Shown piece by piece: positions 24,792-34,772 of a stretch of 49,670 nucleotides of DNA (position 1 is its first letter; every line of letters begins with the position of its first letter). The DNA comes from Ktedonobacteraceae bacterium (lineage in GTDB: Bacteria > Chloroflexota > Ktedonobacteria > Ktedonobacterales > Ktedonobacteraceae): contig DASZXF010000890.1 of the NCBI GenBank assembly GCA_035546055.1, forward strand, positions 1-49,670, written 5' to 3'. The position numbers and the translations under genes were made by a program. The notes under the pieces are model-generated. The model had not been told where the DNA came from. It saw only the letters and a list, made by a program, of their open reading frames with translations, and ran no database searches.

Positions 24792-24879
24792 AGACCCATA
24801 GAGAGGCAATATATTGGAGCAGATGGATTGACAGCGCTGTCAATCCATCTGCTCCAATATATTGCCTCTCTATGGGTCT

Positions 24880-25701
24880 CTACTCGGCGCTTTTCGCGGC
24901 AGCTTCGTCCTTGGGGATGTAGAGTTTGACGCGGCGGAAACTCTCGGCGTATGCCATGTCGAGATTGTACTTCTCCCTGGCTTCCTGAGCCGTTCTCTCG
25001 CTCCATTCTTTGATCTCTTTGAGCATATCTTCCTCTGGTCCGAACTGCGAGACGTGGCAGCGCAGTCCCTGCCCTTTTTTCTCAATCACGCTGCTGATGT
25101 CAATGTAGGTATTATCCTGCCCGGACCCGTAGAAATAGATCTCGTGGACGCGGTAGGGAGGCAGACCCTCGGCCAGCAGTTCGCGGTAGGAGCGGGGATT
25201 GCCTGCCGCCGGAAAGATAGCGTCGAGCACGATATTGCCAGTGGCCCGGTGGTCGGGATGATTGATATATGCCGTCTCGTCAGGCTTCTCATTGGGGTCA
25301 GGCGCGAAGAGATGTTGAGTCGGGTCATGTGTGATAACCACGCGGGGCCGATACTTGCGAATCAGCCGCACAACTGCCTTGCGCGTCTCCTCAGAATTGC
25401 GCAGATGGCCATCGGGGAAGCGCAGAAACTCCACGGCCTGCACGCCCAGCACCTCGCAGGCCGCGCGCTGCTCCTGTTCGCGGGTCAGCATCAACTCCTG
25501 ATCATTCAGCGCAGGTACCTCGCTGCCTTCCGCGCCATCGGTCATCACCACCCAGGCGATTTTCTTGCCCTGGCTGGCCCAGAGCGCGCTGATGCCAGCC
25601 GCGCCAAAATCATTATCATCGGGATGAGCGCCAACGACCAGCGCCTCGAAATCCGGCTCAGTCACCACCTGGAGCGCTCCCGGAGCATTTCTATCTGCCA
25701 T
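24880..25701 (-). CDS. PIG-L family deacetylase (mirror copy)
   Basis: Mirror of 23970..24791(+). Identical translation in the ORF track. Confidence 0.82.
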   Translation of the reverse strand: MADRNAPGALQVVTEPDFEALVVGAHPDDNDFGAAGISALWASQGKKIAWVVMTDGAEGSEVPALNDQELMLTREQEQRAACEVLGVQAVEFLRFPDGHLRNSEETRKAVVRLIRKYRPRVVITHDPTQHLFAPDPNEKPDETAYINHPDHRATGNIVLDAIFPAAGNPRSYRELLAEGLPPYRVHEIYFYGSGQDNTYIDISSVIEKKGQGLRCHVSQFGPEEDMLKEIKEWSERTAQEAREKYNLDMAYAESFRRVKLYIPKDEAAAKSAE

Positions 25702-25751
25702 TTTTACACACTTTCTTTCATAAACATTACCAGTCTTTTTAACCCTGCCTC

Positions 25752-25781
25752 ATTATATCTGAAAGCAGAACCAAAGTTCAA
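25752..25781 (-). promoter_or_regulatory. Promoter for the PIG-L gene (mirror copy)
   Basis: Mirror of 23890..23919. Confidence 0.5.
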
Positions 25782-25815
25782 ATATACGACTGTTTCGGCT
25801 GGTAAAGCTTGCAGT

Positions 25816-26607
25816 TTAGCAACTGGTCGCGACCGTTTGCCCATCTGGATACAGGAGGGTCATTTCAAAGGCCTGCATGATCTGCGCAATGGTCAGATGC
25901 GGGGCAAGCTCATCCAGGCCTATCGCGCGCCGTGGGAGTTCCTGGCGCAGCAAAGCCTGTTCTTCCGCGCTGTGACCGAGCAATGCGGCCAGAGGTTCGG
26001 TCTGCCATTTGAGCAGCAGACCCGCCTGGAGCAGGCTGCCGTTGCGCCGGCGAATCATATCCAGGCCGACCAGTTTGCGCTGACCCACCACCACCTCGTA
26101 GGAAGAATTTGACGCGTAGCAGGCCCGGCGCAGAATAGCCTCCTGCTCACGCGTCTCCTCCTGCCTGGCCAGCAGACGTTGTGCGCGCGCCTCCTCCGGC
26201 ACTATTACGCGTGTTTCCACGCCAAGCAGATGCAGCGCGCGCACCCAGGTCTCGCCGAACCAGCGATACGACTCCACAATGTCCGCCAGCAGCAGGGGAT
26301 GGTCAGCCGGCAGGATCGCATCCAGGGCCAGCAGATCGGGGCCAACCAGTACCGCCGTTCCCCCGGCGCGGCGGTGATAGAGCGGAAGCGTCTCCCTGGT
26401 CAGCGCCTGGGGATTGAGAATACTTGCTTTCTGCGAAAAGCCCAGCACCAGTCCGGCAGAACTGGCCTGAGACCAGTACAGCACCGGGGGAGTACCCGGT
26501 GCTGCCTCGCGTAACAACTGCTCACTGCGCTCAATATGCACCGCCTGATCGGCGTGTGTGAGCGGGATAATCTGCCATGCTGACTTAGAAAAGGCTTGTT
26601 TTTGCAA
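25816..26607 (-). CDS. LplA/LipB-fold family protein (mirror copy)
   Basis: Mirror of 23064..23855(+). Identical translation. Confidence 0.6.
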   Translation of the reverse strand: MQKQAFSKSAWQIIPLTHADQAVHIERSEQLLREAAPGTPPVLYWSQASSAGLVLGFSQKASILNPQALTRETLPLYHRRAGGTAVLVGPDLLALDAILPADHPLLLADIVESYRWFGETWVRALHLLGVETRVIVPEEARAQRLLARQEETREQEAILRRACYASNSSYEVVVGQRKLVGLDMIRRRNGSLLQAGLLLKWQTEPLAALLGHSAEEQALLRQELPRRAIGLDELAPHLTIAQIMQAFEMTLLYPDGQTVATSC

Positions 26608-27931
26608 AATCTTTCTCCGCTGGTTTGCGCCAGATCCACCCGGCCAGCGCTGATATCAGAGCCAGGATAGCACAAATCAACTGGGCAATGGAAGGGCCGC
26701 CGAGCAGCGCAAGGCCGCCGATCAGCAGATTGCCAATGGGCGTACTGCCCGCGAAGAAGGCCATATACACACTCATCACACGTCCGCGCAGGTGGTCCGG
26801 CGTAATGCTCTGAATGGCCGTATTGGCCAGAGCCGCGAAAGCAATCTGTGAAAAGCCGATCAGCAAAATCAGCGCTAACGACAGGGGATAGATCTGCGAC
26901 AGCGAGAAAAACGTCAGGAAAATGCTAAAGGCCAATGTGCTGATTAAGAGGCCGCGAATCGTCGGCTGGCGATTGCCCCAGGCGATCCACAGCGCCGACA
27001 GCAGCGCGCCCACCCCGATAGCTGACGAAAGGAAGCCGTAGCCAATCGCGCCCACCTTCAGCACTTCAGTCGCGAAAAGCGGCAGACTCACATTAAAATT
27101 GAGGCCAAAAAGCGAAACCGTGCCCACCACCAGAATAATCAGCATTACAGCGGGCGAGCGGCGGATATAGGCTATGCCCTCGGCCAGGCTTTGCCGGGTC
27201 TTCACCGCTGTCCCCTGGAGGGCCGGATTTCTGCTCATGGCATGCAATTCACTGTTGCGAATCAGCGCCAGGCTGCTGAGTACCGCGATAAAGCTGGTGG
27301 CATTGATGAGAAAGAGCGTATTCACGCCAGTCAGCGCAATGATTAATCCGCCCATACCGGGGCCGACAATGCGGGCCAGATTAAAGATGGAGGAATTCAG
27401 AGCCACGGCGTTGGGTAGATCTTCGCGTCCCACCATCTCCACCACAAACGCCTGGCGTGTAGGCATATCCAGGCTATTGTTGATGCCCAGCAGCAGAGCC
27501 AGCACATAAATTTCCCAGATCTGGATATGTCCGCTGGCCGCCAGTATCCAGAGCGTAACCGCCTGGACCATAGCCGCGCTCTGCGTGCAGAGCAGCACAT
27601 TGCGTTTAGGCCAGCGATCAGCAAACACGCCGCCGAAGATAGAGAAAAGTAAAACCGGTAAAAACTGAATGGCGCCGACCACCCCCAGTTGCCAGGCGCT
27701 ATGGGTTAATTGGAGCACCAGCCATTCCTGGCCGATTGCTTGCATCCACGTGCCCACCAGCGAAATCATCTGTCCGAACCAGAAGAGGCGATAATTGCGG
27801 TGACGAAGGGCAACAAAAGCACGCAGCAGGCCTTTCGCCTGCTGTGAAGATACGACGAGCGCAGGGGCCTCCTGCGCCAGGCCTATCTCAGGAGCCGCCT
27901 GCTCCTGAGCTTTGGCCGGGATAAGATCCAT
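26585..27931 (-). CDS. MFS transporter (mirror copy)
   Basis: Mirror of 21740..23086(+). Identical translation. Confidence 0.8.
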   Translation of the reverse strand: MDLIPAKAQEQAAPEIGLAQEAPALVVSSQQAKGLLRAFVALRHRNYRLFWFGQMISLVGTWMQAIGQEWLVLQLTHSAWQLGVVGAIQFLPVLLFSIFGGVFADRWPKRNVLLCTQSAAMVQAVTLWILAASGHIQIWEIYVLALLLGINNSLDMPTRQAFVVEMVGREDLPNAVALNSSIFNLARIVGPGMGGLIIALTGVNTLFLINATSFIAVLSSLALIRNSELHAMSRNPALQGTAVKTRQSLAEGIAYIRRSPAVMLIILVVGTVSLFGLNFNVSLPLFATEVLKVGAIGYGFLSSAIGVGALLSALWIAWGNRQPTIRGLLISTLAFSIFLTFFSLSQIYPLSLALILLIGFSQIAFAALANTAIQSITPDHLRGRVMSVYMAFFAGSTPIGNLLIGGLALLGGPSIAQLICAILALISALAGWIWRKPAEKDFAKTSLF

Positions 27932-27969
27932 GTGCGAAGTCCATTCTAGATGTAGAACGCTAAAAAAGT

Positions 27970-28446
27970 TTATATATCTTTTTGCTGTTGCAACGTCTGA
28001 CGCGTCTGTGCGTGGCGTTCCAGCTTCGCCTGTAACGCCGCGCGCATCTGCTCCAGACCAGTAATTTTTTGTTCAATAAGCTCAAGCTGGCGTCGGATAG
28101 TTTCGTCAGCGTGATCGAGTTGCGTAATTTTGCTGCTCGCCTCTGTCTCCTGGCGATAAGCCTCGCGAATCTGCTGGCGCTCATCCTCAGCCTCCAGAAT
28201 ATCGCGGATATCGGCCAGCGAGAAGCCCAGCAGATTGCGTAGATTTTTAATGCGCTCCAGGCGAGTCACATCCTCGCGCGTATAGCGGCGATAATTGCCC
28301 TCAGTCCGCCCGGTGGGAGGAAGCAAACCGACCTCCTCATAATAGCGGAGCGTGCGTTTTGTCAGGCCAGTCTGTGCGGCCACCTGCTCAATCGTAAACG
28401 TCAGAGCCTGCTCCGTCATCTGCGCCATCCCATCATCGGCAACCAT
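27970..28446 (-). CDS. MerR family regulator (mirror copy)
   Basis: Mirror of 21225..21701(+). Identical translation. Confidence 0.85.
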   Translation of the reverse strand: MVADDGMAQMTEQALTFTIEQVAAQTGLTKRTLRYYEEVGLLPPTGRTEGNYRRYTREDVTRLERIKNLRNLLGFSLADIRDILEAEDERQQIREAYRQETEASSKITQLDHADETIRRQLELIEQKITGLEQMRAALQAKLERHAQTRQTLQQQKDI

Positions 28447-28603
28447 AACAAAAAATCTCCAAAGCTTATGAATATATCAATTTTCTCTCCCCTTGCAGGG
28501 TATCACAAGATTACCGTTTACGTCAATGTTAAACATCCCTGATTTTGAAACATCATGCGCTGGTTGGCGCACCACTCCTGATGAGGCTTCTTGCGGCCTC
28601 AGA

Positions 28604-28717
28604 AGATCCCGTTGGCGAATCCTTTCTTTGGCTCCTCGTCGCTGCGCGACTCGTCCTGGTTGGTAGAGGCGCCGCAGGCGCCGAGGATGCGAGAAGAAGG
28701 GTTCGCCAACGGGATCT
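28604..28717. repeat. Long-range inverted repeat with GC-rich hairpins (mirror copy)
   Basis: Mirror of 20954..21067. Confidence 0.6.
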
Positions 28718-28737
28718 GATTTTGCCAGGGCGCTTAT

Positions 28738-28800
28738 ATCAGTCCTCCCCACTTTTTCCAGCGCCTGGGGCCGCCTCAGAAAAAGTGGGGAGGACTCATG
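28738..28800. repeat. Hairpin repeat family, copy C (mirror)
   Basis: Mirror of 20871..20933, checked by eye. Confidence 0.8.
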
Positions 28801-28813
28801 TATAGAAAGGGGG

Positions 28814-29227
28814 CTATATCCTGGCGAGGGGATAGGCTTCCACGTATTGCTCGCCGTCAGCACCGTAGTAGCTGACGGTACGTGCTGCGAAATCCACTTC
28901 GTAGCGGACTACTCCGGCCTTCCAACTGGCGGCCAGGAATTCGGCGAAAGTGCTTTCTCCTGCCTGGTCGATACGCAGCGCGGTAATCAGGGCATCCCGA
29001 TTGAACGGCGGCACATCGACTGAGCCGGAAGCCAGTGGTTCTCCCAGGATCATAACCGGGCCATCCTCCGTCACATAGAGGCTCTGGCAGGAAGGCAAAT
29101 ACCAGAAATTGCGCGTGACTCCCGCCTGTCGCAAAGTTTCAGCCAGATAGGGAAAGCCCCCTACTTTGGGCCGGCCAGCCATTGCCCGCTGCTGGGCGGA
29201 CTGGAGATGTTCTATCGCTTTGCTCAT
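28814..29227 (-). CDS. DUF1398 family protein (mirror copy)
   Basis: Mirror of 20444..20857(+). Identical translation. Confidence 0.6.
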   Translation of the reverse strand: MSKAIEHLQSAQQRAMAGRPKVGGFPYLAETLRQAGVTRNFWYLPSCQSLYVTEDGPVMILGEPLASGSVDVPPFNRDALITALRIDQAGESTFAEFLAASWKAGVVRYEVDFAARTVSYYGADGEQYVEAYPLARI

Positions 29228-29269
29228 ACATGTTCTCCTCTCATAAGTGCTCTGCCTTCAATGCATAGC

Positions 29270-29737
29270 TCAGTCTATCGGCACATCGTTCCATTGGTGG
29301 GCCTGGGATATCTTGCGCATCAGTCGCGCGAGTTGTTCCTGTTCTGCCGTACTCAAGCAGCTAAAGAAATACTGGTCGTTGTGGTCCGCGAGTTCCGCCA
29401 GTTCTGGCAGGATGCGCTGACCTTGCAAAGTCAGGGACAATCTCTGGCTACGTTTGTCCTCCGGCCTGGTAACGCGTTCGATCAAGCCTTTGGCTTCGAG
29501 CTTATCGAGAACCTTGGAGATGGCCCCCCTGGTCATACCCAGCCGTGTCGCTAATTCTGCCGAAGCGATATCCGAGTGGTCGTAAAGCTGGCGCAAGGCA
29601 ACCCACTCGGCAACCGTGAACTGCCGATCTTGCAGCGCCCTGGCAAAGGTACCGGAAACGTGGTTAGAAATGCGCCGCAGCCAGTAGCCCAGATGCGTCT
29701 CCAGATTCGACAACGGATAAGGCGAACGCTCATTCAT
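29270..29737 (-). CDS. MarR family regulator (mirror copy)
   Basis: Mirror of 19934..20401(+). Identical translation. Confidence 0.88.
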   Translation of the reverse strand: MNERSPYPLSNLETHLGYWLRRISNHVSGTFARALQDRQFTVAEWVALRQLYDHSDIASAELATRLGMTRGAISKVLDKLEAKGLIERVTRPEDKRSQRLSLTLQGQRILPELAELADHNDQYFFSCLSTAEQEQLARLMRKISQAHQWNDVPID

Positions 29738-29752
29738 ATCTCTTCCTCCAAT

Positions 29753-29808
29753 ATAGTTTCCCAGGAAACTACCTTATTATTATAGTTTCCTGGGAAACTA
29801 TGTGTCAA
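29753..29808 (-). promoter_or_regulatory. marR promoter with twin operators (mirror copy)
   Basis: Mirror of 19863..19918. Confidence 0.75.
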
Positions 29809-30027
29809 GAGGAAAACATTTTGGGAAAACAGGGCGTCAACTACAGGCTTGATACTTTTTCAGGTCACGGCGAGTATTGTGTGGAACGCCCACGGGGCCG
29901 TTACTATTTTTCCGATACGTGTATGCCGCTTTTATCAGGTATACTTGAGGAACGTGTGTGCTGTTTTTGATAGACAAAAGGAAAGTTTGCTATCGAATAT
30001 ATTCCTATTACACGAGATCCCGATGCC

Positions 30028-30990
30028 TTGCAGCAACCACTTGCCGCTGAGCACTTGCTGGCGATGTGCCGGCGAGCGTTTGGCGAGGAGCGCGCGGTTG
30101 TACTGGTGAAAGAGTTGGACGGAGGACTCTACAATAATACATATCTGGTGCATATTGATGAGATGCCGCCGGTTATTTTGCGCGTCGGTCCCCAGGTTGC
30201 CCGCCAGTTGCGCAGCGAGCGAAACCTGATGCGCAACGAGTACGCTAGCCTGCCCTTTTTTGCCTCAATTGCTCCTCTGGTGCCACACGTTCTCATGGCT
30301 GATTTCACTCACCAGCTTCTTGAGCGCGATTATCTCTTCCAGGCATACATGGAAGGAGAATCATGGAGCGCGGTGGCGGATAGCCTGAGTGCGCACGAGC
30401 AAAGACAACTCTGGCGCCAGCTTGGTAGTATTACCCGTAGTATCCATGCTGTAAAGGGCGAGCGTTTTGGCCGTATTCTGGACAGCGGATCTTTTTCCCG
30501 CTGGAGTCTGCTGGTCGTGCATCACCTGCAAACGATCATTCAGGATCTTGCCGAGGCAGAACTGGATGCCTCCGATATTCACCAGATTCTTGACATAACT
30601 GTAGATCACCGGGCGTTGTTGGATGAAGTGACGCAGCCGTGTTTGCTTCATGGAGATCTGTGGACGGGCAATGTTCTGGTCAAATGTGACGAAAATGGTC
30701 CCAGGATTACCGCGATCCTCGATTGTGATCGGAGTTCCTGGGGAGATCCATGGTCGGAGTGGACGATGTTTTTGCTGGATCTTCACGCAGGTACAGAAGT
30801 GGATGCTTTTTGGGAGGGATATGGCCTGGTGGAGGAGCGTCCTGGCCAGCGCTTTAGAAAGCTGATCTATAAAGGTCAGTGTCTGGCAGGCGCGCGTCTG
30901 GAGCAGCATCGCCTGCATCATGCCGGAATGGTGGAGCGCTCTTATCGGGATATCTCAGCAGTTTTGGACGAGCTGGCCTCTTTCTCTTGA
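30028..30990 (+). CDS. APH family phosphotransferase (mirror copy)
   Basis: Mirror of 18681..19643(-). Identical translation. Confidence 0.75.
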   Translation: MQQPLAAEHLLAMCRRAFGEERAVVLVKELDGGLYNNTYLVHIDEMPPVILRVGPQVARQLRSERNLMRNEYASLPFFASIAPLVPHVLMADFTHQLLERDYLFQAYMEGESWSAVADSLSAHEQRQLWRQLGSITRSIHAVKGERFGRILDSGSFSRWSLLVVHHLQTIIQDLAEAELDASDIHQILDITVDHRALLDEVTQPCLLHGDLWTGNVLVKCDENGPRITAILDCDRSSWGDPWSEWTMFLLDLHAGTEVDAFWEGYGLVEERPGQRFRKLIYKGQCLAGARLEQHRLHHAGMVERSYRDISAVLDELASFS

Positions 30991-31044
30991 CTCTCCCCAG
31001 GGGGGAGGGTATATGCTTGCTTCAGCAGGAAAGGAAAGGGAAAG

Positions 31045-31869
31045 ATGCTCAAGATTGGAGAGTTTGCGCGTCTGAGCCAGGTTTCGATCAAGACGTTGAG
31101 GCACTATGATGCCCTGGGCGTACTGCGGCCCGCGCAGATTGATGCTGAGAGCGGCTATCGGCTGTATGACATCGAGCAACTGGTCGATGTTGTGCGCATC
31201 CTGGCTCTCAAGGATTGCGGCTTTGCGCTGGAAGAAATCGCGCGTTTGCTGCGTACTTCGGATGCGCGCACAGTTGAAACCCTCTTGCGCCAGCGCATCG
31301 CGGCTCAGCAACAACTGGTCGTCGAGGAGCAGGCGCGCCTTCAGCGTATGCTGGCGCGAGTCAAACAACTGGCCGATACGGAGCATGTTCCGCCATATGA
31401 TGTGGCCTTGAAGCGCACCGAGCCGCTAACGCTCATCGGATTGCGCCGCTGTGTGGCGACAACCGCTGAGATTGGTCCTTTCGCGCAACTGGTTGTGCGC
31501 CACTGTACGCAGCGGGGACTTATGCCCGCCGGTCCTCTGGTGCATCTCTACTATGATGAGAGTGCGCTGGAGGAAGGGTTGGATCTCTATGTGGGCCTGC
31601 CAGTGGCAGCTCTGCCTGCCGACATGGCTGAGGTCCACTGCGAAAGGCTGGCGGGAGGAGATCTGGTCGCGTGTGTGATCCATCGCGGGGAATATACGAC
31701 GATCAGCCGGGCCTATGCCGCGCTGGATCGCTGGCTTGCGACCAGCAGTTATCACCTGATGGGGCCGTGTCGCGAAATCTATCACCGCAATCCATTGCAT
31801 ACCGACGATCCCACTCTCTATATCACTGAAATTCAGTATCCTCTGCAACTCATTTCTAAGGTTATATAA
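31045..31869 (+). CDS. MerR/GyrI-like regulator (mirror copy)
   Basis: Mirror of 17802..18626(-). Identical translation. Confidence 0.8.
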   Translation: MLKIGEFARLSQVSIKTLRHYDALGVLRPAQIDAESGYRLYDIEQLVDVVRILALKDCGFALEEIARLLRTSDARTVETLLRQRIAAQQQLVVEEQARLQRMLARVKQLADTEHVPPYDVALKRTEPLTLIGLRRCVATTAEIGPFAQLVVRHCTQRGLMPAGPLVHLYYDESALEEGLDLYVGLPVAALPADMAEVHCERLAGGDLVACVIHRGEYTTISRAYAALDRWLATSSYHLMGPCREIYHRNPLHTDDPTLYITEIQYPLQLISKVI

Positions 31870-31902
31870 CTTCTTTTGACAGAAAAAACAGGAGGAACCG
31901 GT

Positions 31903-32829
31903 ATGGCAGTTCCAATGGTCCCGTATGAGGGGCGGATGAGCTATTGTCTGATCAGGTCTTTGCAGATGGTTCTGGCCTATCAGGGGCACCCATATCCAGT
32001 GCCCTGGCTGGAATGCGTCAGCGGGGAGCCGTTTGGCTTTGCCTATGTGCGCAACGGAAATACTTTGCTGGCTGTGGTCGGCTACGAGTACCACCTGGCG
32101 GGCGAGCACTTGCTGCGCACGCTGAACTACGAGTACACTTATACCGGTGCAGCCGATGACGCCGCCGCGCTGGCCAGTCTGGCGGAAAAGCTCGCCGCCG
32201 GACCGGTTGTGGCGGGTATGCTCGACATGGGCTATCTCACCTACATGCCTGAGCATCGCGAACTGCATGGCAGTGATCACGCTATCGTCGTCCTGGCCCT
32301 GCGCTCGGATGACGTGCTGGTGCATGATCCCGCCGGCTATGTCTCTGTGCCGTTGCCCTTGAGCGACTTCCTCGACGCCTGGAAGCGCGACATCTACACA
32401 GGCAAACCCTATGGCTTGTGGCAGATAGGCGCGCAGGGCCGGCCTCCCACGGAGGACGAGATCTGGGAAAAAACGCTGGCGCGGGCTCGTGCGAATTATA
32501 CTCGTGAAGCACAGGTATTACCTGGAGGGATAAAACTCCTCTATGGCCCGCAGGCCATACGTACCCTGGCGGCAGATCTGCAAGCCGAGCCTGAGCTTGG
32601 GATCGGTTCGCTGCCCTACTTTAGCTGGCGCGTTTCGGCCCAGCGCTGCCTGGATAGTGCCTTCTTCCTGCGCGCGCGACTCCCACGCGCCGCCGATATT
32701 CGCTGGGAACAGTGCCAGCTCTATGGTCAGCTTCAACTGGCCTCAGCCGCCAGCGACCGCGCCGCTCTCCCGCCGCTGCTGGAGCGCCTGGCGGACCGCG
32801 AAGCCGCGTTGATAACCGCGCTGGCGTAA
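31903..32829 (+). CDS. BtrH_N/C39-like papain-fold protein (mirror copy)
   Basis: Mirror of 16842..17768(-). ATG 31903 is preceded by GGAGGA. Confidence 0.45.
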   Translation: MAVPMVPYEGRMSYCLIRSLQMVLAYQGHPYPVPWLECVSGEPFGFAYVRNGNTLLAVVGYEYHLAGEHLLRTLNYEYTYTGAADDAAALASLAEKLAAGPVVAGMLDMGYLTYMPEHRELHGSDHAIVVLALRSDDVLVHDPAGYVSVPLPLSDFLDAWKRDIYTGKPYGLWQIGAQGRPPTEDEIWEKTLARARANYTREAQVLPGGIKLLYGPQAIRTLAADLQAEPELGIGSLPYFSWRVSAQRCLDSAFFLRARLPRAADIRWEQCQLYGQLQLASAASDRAALPPLLERLADREAALITALA

Positions 32830-32834
32830 AAAAG

Positions 32835-32886
32835 CGGGATCTGGCAAAAAGAGAGCTTCCATTCATTGCTTGCCAGATCCCGTTTT
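32835..32886 (+). terminator. Rho-independent terminator (mirror copy)
   Basis: Mirror of 16785..16836: CGGGATCTGGCAA...TTGCCAGATCCCG then TTTT. Confidence 0.65.
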
Positions 32887-33006
32887 CTGCTTTACCATAG
32901 AAGAAGCAAACGAGGAGATGAGGGTGCTGCTGACTCGCTGGCAGCCCCTTTTCAGCGCTTTTGGCTGCGATAATGCCAGTTTTCTGAGACGAGGGGAGCT
33001 TTTTTT

Positions 33007-33576
33007 ATGGACGAACGAAACGTCATGTGGGCGCCTGTTGATGGGAGCGGGCTTGAGCATCTACGCCTGCGCCAGCGCGCAGATGGTTATATCGCCGATG
33101 GGGTTGTGATTGGCGTTGCCGGAGAACAACCGTTTCGTATCTGGTATGAAGTACAGACAGATAGCGCCTGGATAGTCAGAATGTGCAGGGTCCGACTGCT
33201 GGATGAGAAGGGCCAGGAATTGAGCTTACGAACTGATGGTGCCGGTCACTGGTTCGCTGCGACTGACCAGCCGCTCCCGGAGTTGACCGGGTGCCTCGAC
33301 GTGGATCTCACCGCGACTCCGTTTACCAATACCCTGCCCATTCGTCGCTTAGAACTCACTCCCGGTCAGTCGGCTGAGTTGGCGGTCGCATATATTGTCG
33401 TGCCTACCCTGGAGATCAGGCCAGTGCCGCAGCGCTATACTTGTCTGGAGCGCCATAGTACGGGGAGCGGAACATATCGCTACGAGGGTCTGAGCAGCGG
33501 CTTTACCAGAGATCTGCCAGTAGATGCAGACGGGCTGGTCCTTGATTATCCGGGGATATTGAGCAGAGTACGGTGA
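33007..33576 (+). CDS. Putative glycolipid-binding domain protein (mirror copy)
   Basis: Mirror of 16095..16664(-). Identical translation. Confidence 0.55.
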   Translation: MDERNVMWAPVDGSGLEHLRLRQRADGYIADGVVIGVAGEQPFRIWYEVQTDSAWIVRMCRVRLLDEKGQELSLRTDGAGHWFAATDQPLPELTGCLDVDLTATPFTNTLPIRRLELTPGQSAELAVAYIVVPTLEIRPVPQRYTCLERHSTGSGTYRYEGLSSGFTRDLPVDADGLVLDYPGILSRVR

Positions 33577-33755
33577 TTTCGCGCGTTTCGGGGCAGCGCG
33601 TGAAGAGTTGGAGCAGGTCTGGCGAGGTGCGCGCGGAGAAATTGCGCGGCAAATCAAAAGAAGCGTCATTTTCGGGGGCGAAGAGAAAGACGGAATGGGC
33701 TAAGTATGGTAAAATAGGGAAGGATGAAGGCGAACAAGTCCCTCGATGAAGAAGC

Positions 33756-34598
33756 TTGTCAATGCATTCGCAGCAGTTGGCAAAAGATATGGATTATACG
33801 TGTATGGAAGACACCTTGCAGCCCCTGGTAGAACGAGCCTTGACCGGACAGCCCGGCTTTCTCGAATTCTACTTGCGTGACCAGAGCCGCTTGCCTGGCA
33901 CGCGTGCGAATATAGAACTGGCTCAGGATCTCAGTCAACACCTTGCTTTCCTTACGCCTGCTTTTCCCGATGAGATGCGTGCGCTGTTGAACCATCTGGT
34001 ACGTGAAGAGTCGCATGTGACAACCAATACGCCAGGGGAGTTTGTGGTCATGTGCGGGGTACTGAGCTTCGGAGCCTGCTCGGTCACGCTGGCGGAATGG
34101 CGGGAAGATACCTTTGAGCGCCTGGCGCAATATACGCGCAATCGCAGCGGGCGTGTGCGCGACGCGGCGGTGCTGGCCTTGCAAAAATTGTTGTTCGCGG
34201 CTCCCGATGATACCCTGCTGCTCTTGATGGATTTGCTCGATAAAGGCGATTGCTGGCAATTGCGCGCCTGCCTGGCCGCTATTTCCGAGCCTTCCCTGTT
34301 GAGCAGCGCACAGTTTATCTCGTCGGCTCTGATCATGCAACGTGTCGCTATCGACTACCTTCATGCCCTGCCCGCGCCAGAGCGCAAGCGTCCCGAGGCA
34401 CGCGCGTTGCGTCAGACCCTGGGATATACTCTGAGTGTGGTAACAGCGGCCAATCCCGATGACGGCTTCGCCCTGATGTGCGAAATGGCCACCTGGAGCG
34501 ATCCTGACATCAACTGGGTTTTGCGTGAGAACCTCAAAAAGCGCCGCCTGGCCCGCTTTCGCGAATATACCGGCAAGGTCATCGATTTGATGGCATAG
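33756..34598 (+). CDS. HEAT-like repeat hypothetical protein (mirror copy)
   Basis: Mirror of 15073..15915(-). Identical translation. Confidence 0.5.
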   Translation: MSMHSQQLAKDMDYTCMEDTLQPLVERALTGQPGFLEFYLRDQSRLPGTRANIELAQDLSQHLAFLTPAFPDEMRALLNHLVREESHVTTNTPGEFVVMCGVLSFGACSVTLAEWREDTFERLAQYTRNRSGRVRDAAVLALQKLLFAAPDDTLLLLMDLLDKGDCWQLRACLAAISEPSLLSSAQFISSALIMQRVAIDYLHALPAPERKRPEARALRQTLGYTLSVVTAANPDDGFALMCEMATWSDPDINWVLRENLKKRRLARFREYTGKVIDLMA

Positions 34599-34673
34599 AG
34601 CAGATCTGCTTCCCTGGTCTCACTATCAAGACCCACCTCCTCAAGGGACAGTGGGAGAACCTTTGCTTTGGAT

Positions 34674-34702
34674 TTGCCCTCTAACTCCAAAGTCGCTATA
34701 AT
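34674..34702 (+). promoter_or_regulatory. efp promoter TTGCCC-N17-TATAAT (mirror copy)
   Basis: Mirror of 14969..14997. Confidence 0.55.
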
Positions 34703-34772
34703 GGGGGGTCGAAAAGACTGGTCCTGGCAAGGCAACCAATAGATGAGAGTAAGAGAAAGGTGGCATTCTATC

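Larger units (their letters stand above)
1..24835. repeat. Left arm of a window-spanning, spacer-less perfect inverted repeat (palindrome)
   Basis: The first 50 nt are the reverse complement of the last 50 nt. The axis reads ACAGC|GCTGT at 24835/24836. All ORF-track entries have identical twins at 49671-x on the opposite strand. Confidence 0.97.

Noticed and set aside
1-24835. tRNA, rRNA, tmRNA or RNase P genes in the intergenic regions
   Set aside because: Scanning the spacers by eye found no cloverleaf-compatible sequences (no GGTTCGAATCC-like T-arm) and no rRNA-like stretches. This is a by-eye negative and should be confirmed with tRNAscan-SE or Infernal.
24665-25006. 85-aa ORFs crossing the palindrome axis, identical on both strands
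   Set aside because: Their identity on both strands is a geometric consequence of reading through a palindrome. They overlap the PIG-L 3' end out of frame and have no start context.
23559-26112. 416-aa ORFs (23559..24809 on the minus strand and its twin 24862..26112 on the plus strand), the longest unexplained ORFs near the axis
   Set aside because: They run antisense to the PIG-L and LplA-fold genes, both of which carry clear family motifs. Their translation is Arg/Leu/Gly/Ala-rich with no motif, which is typical of shadow ORFs in GC-rich DNA.
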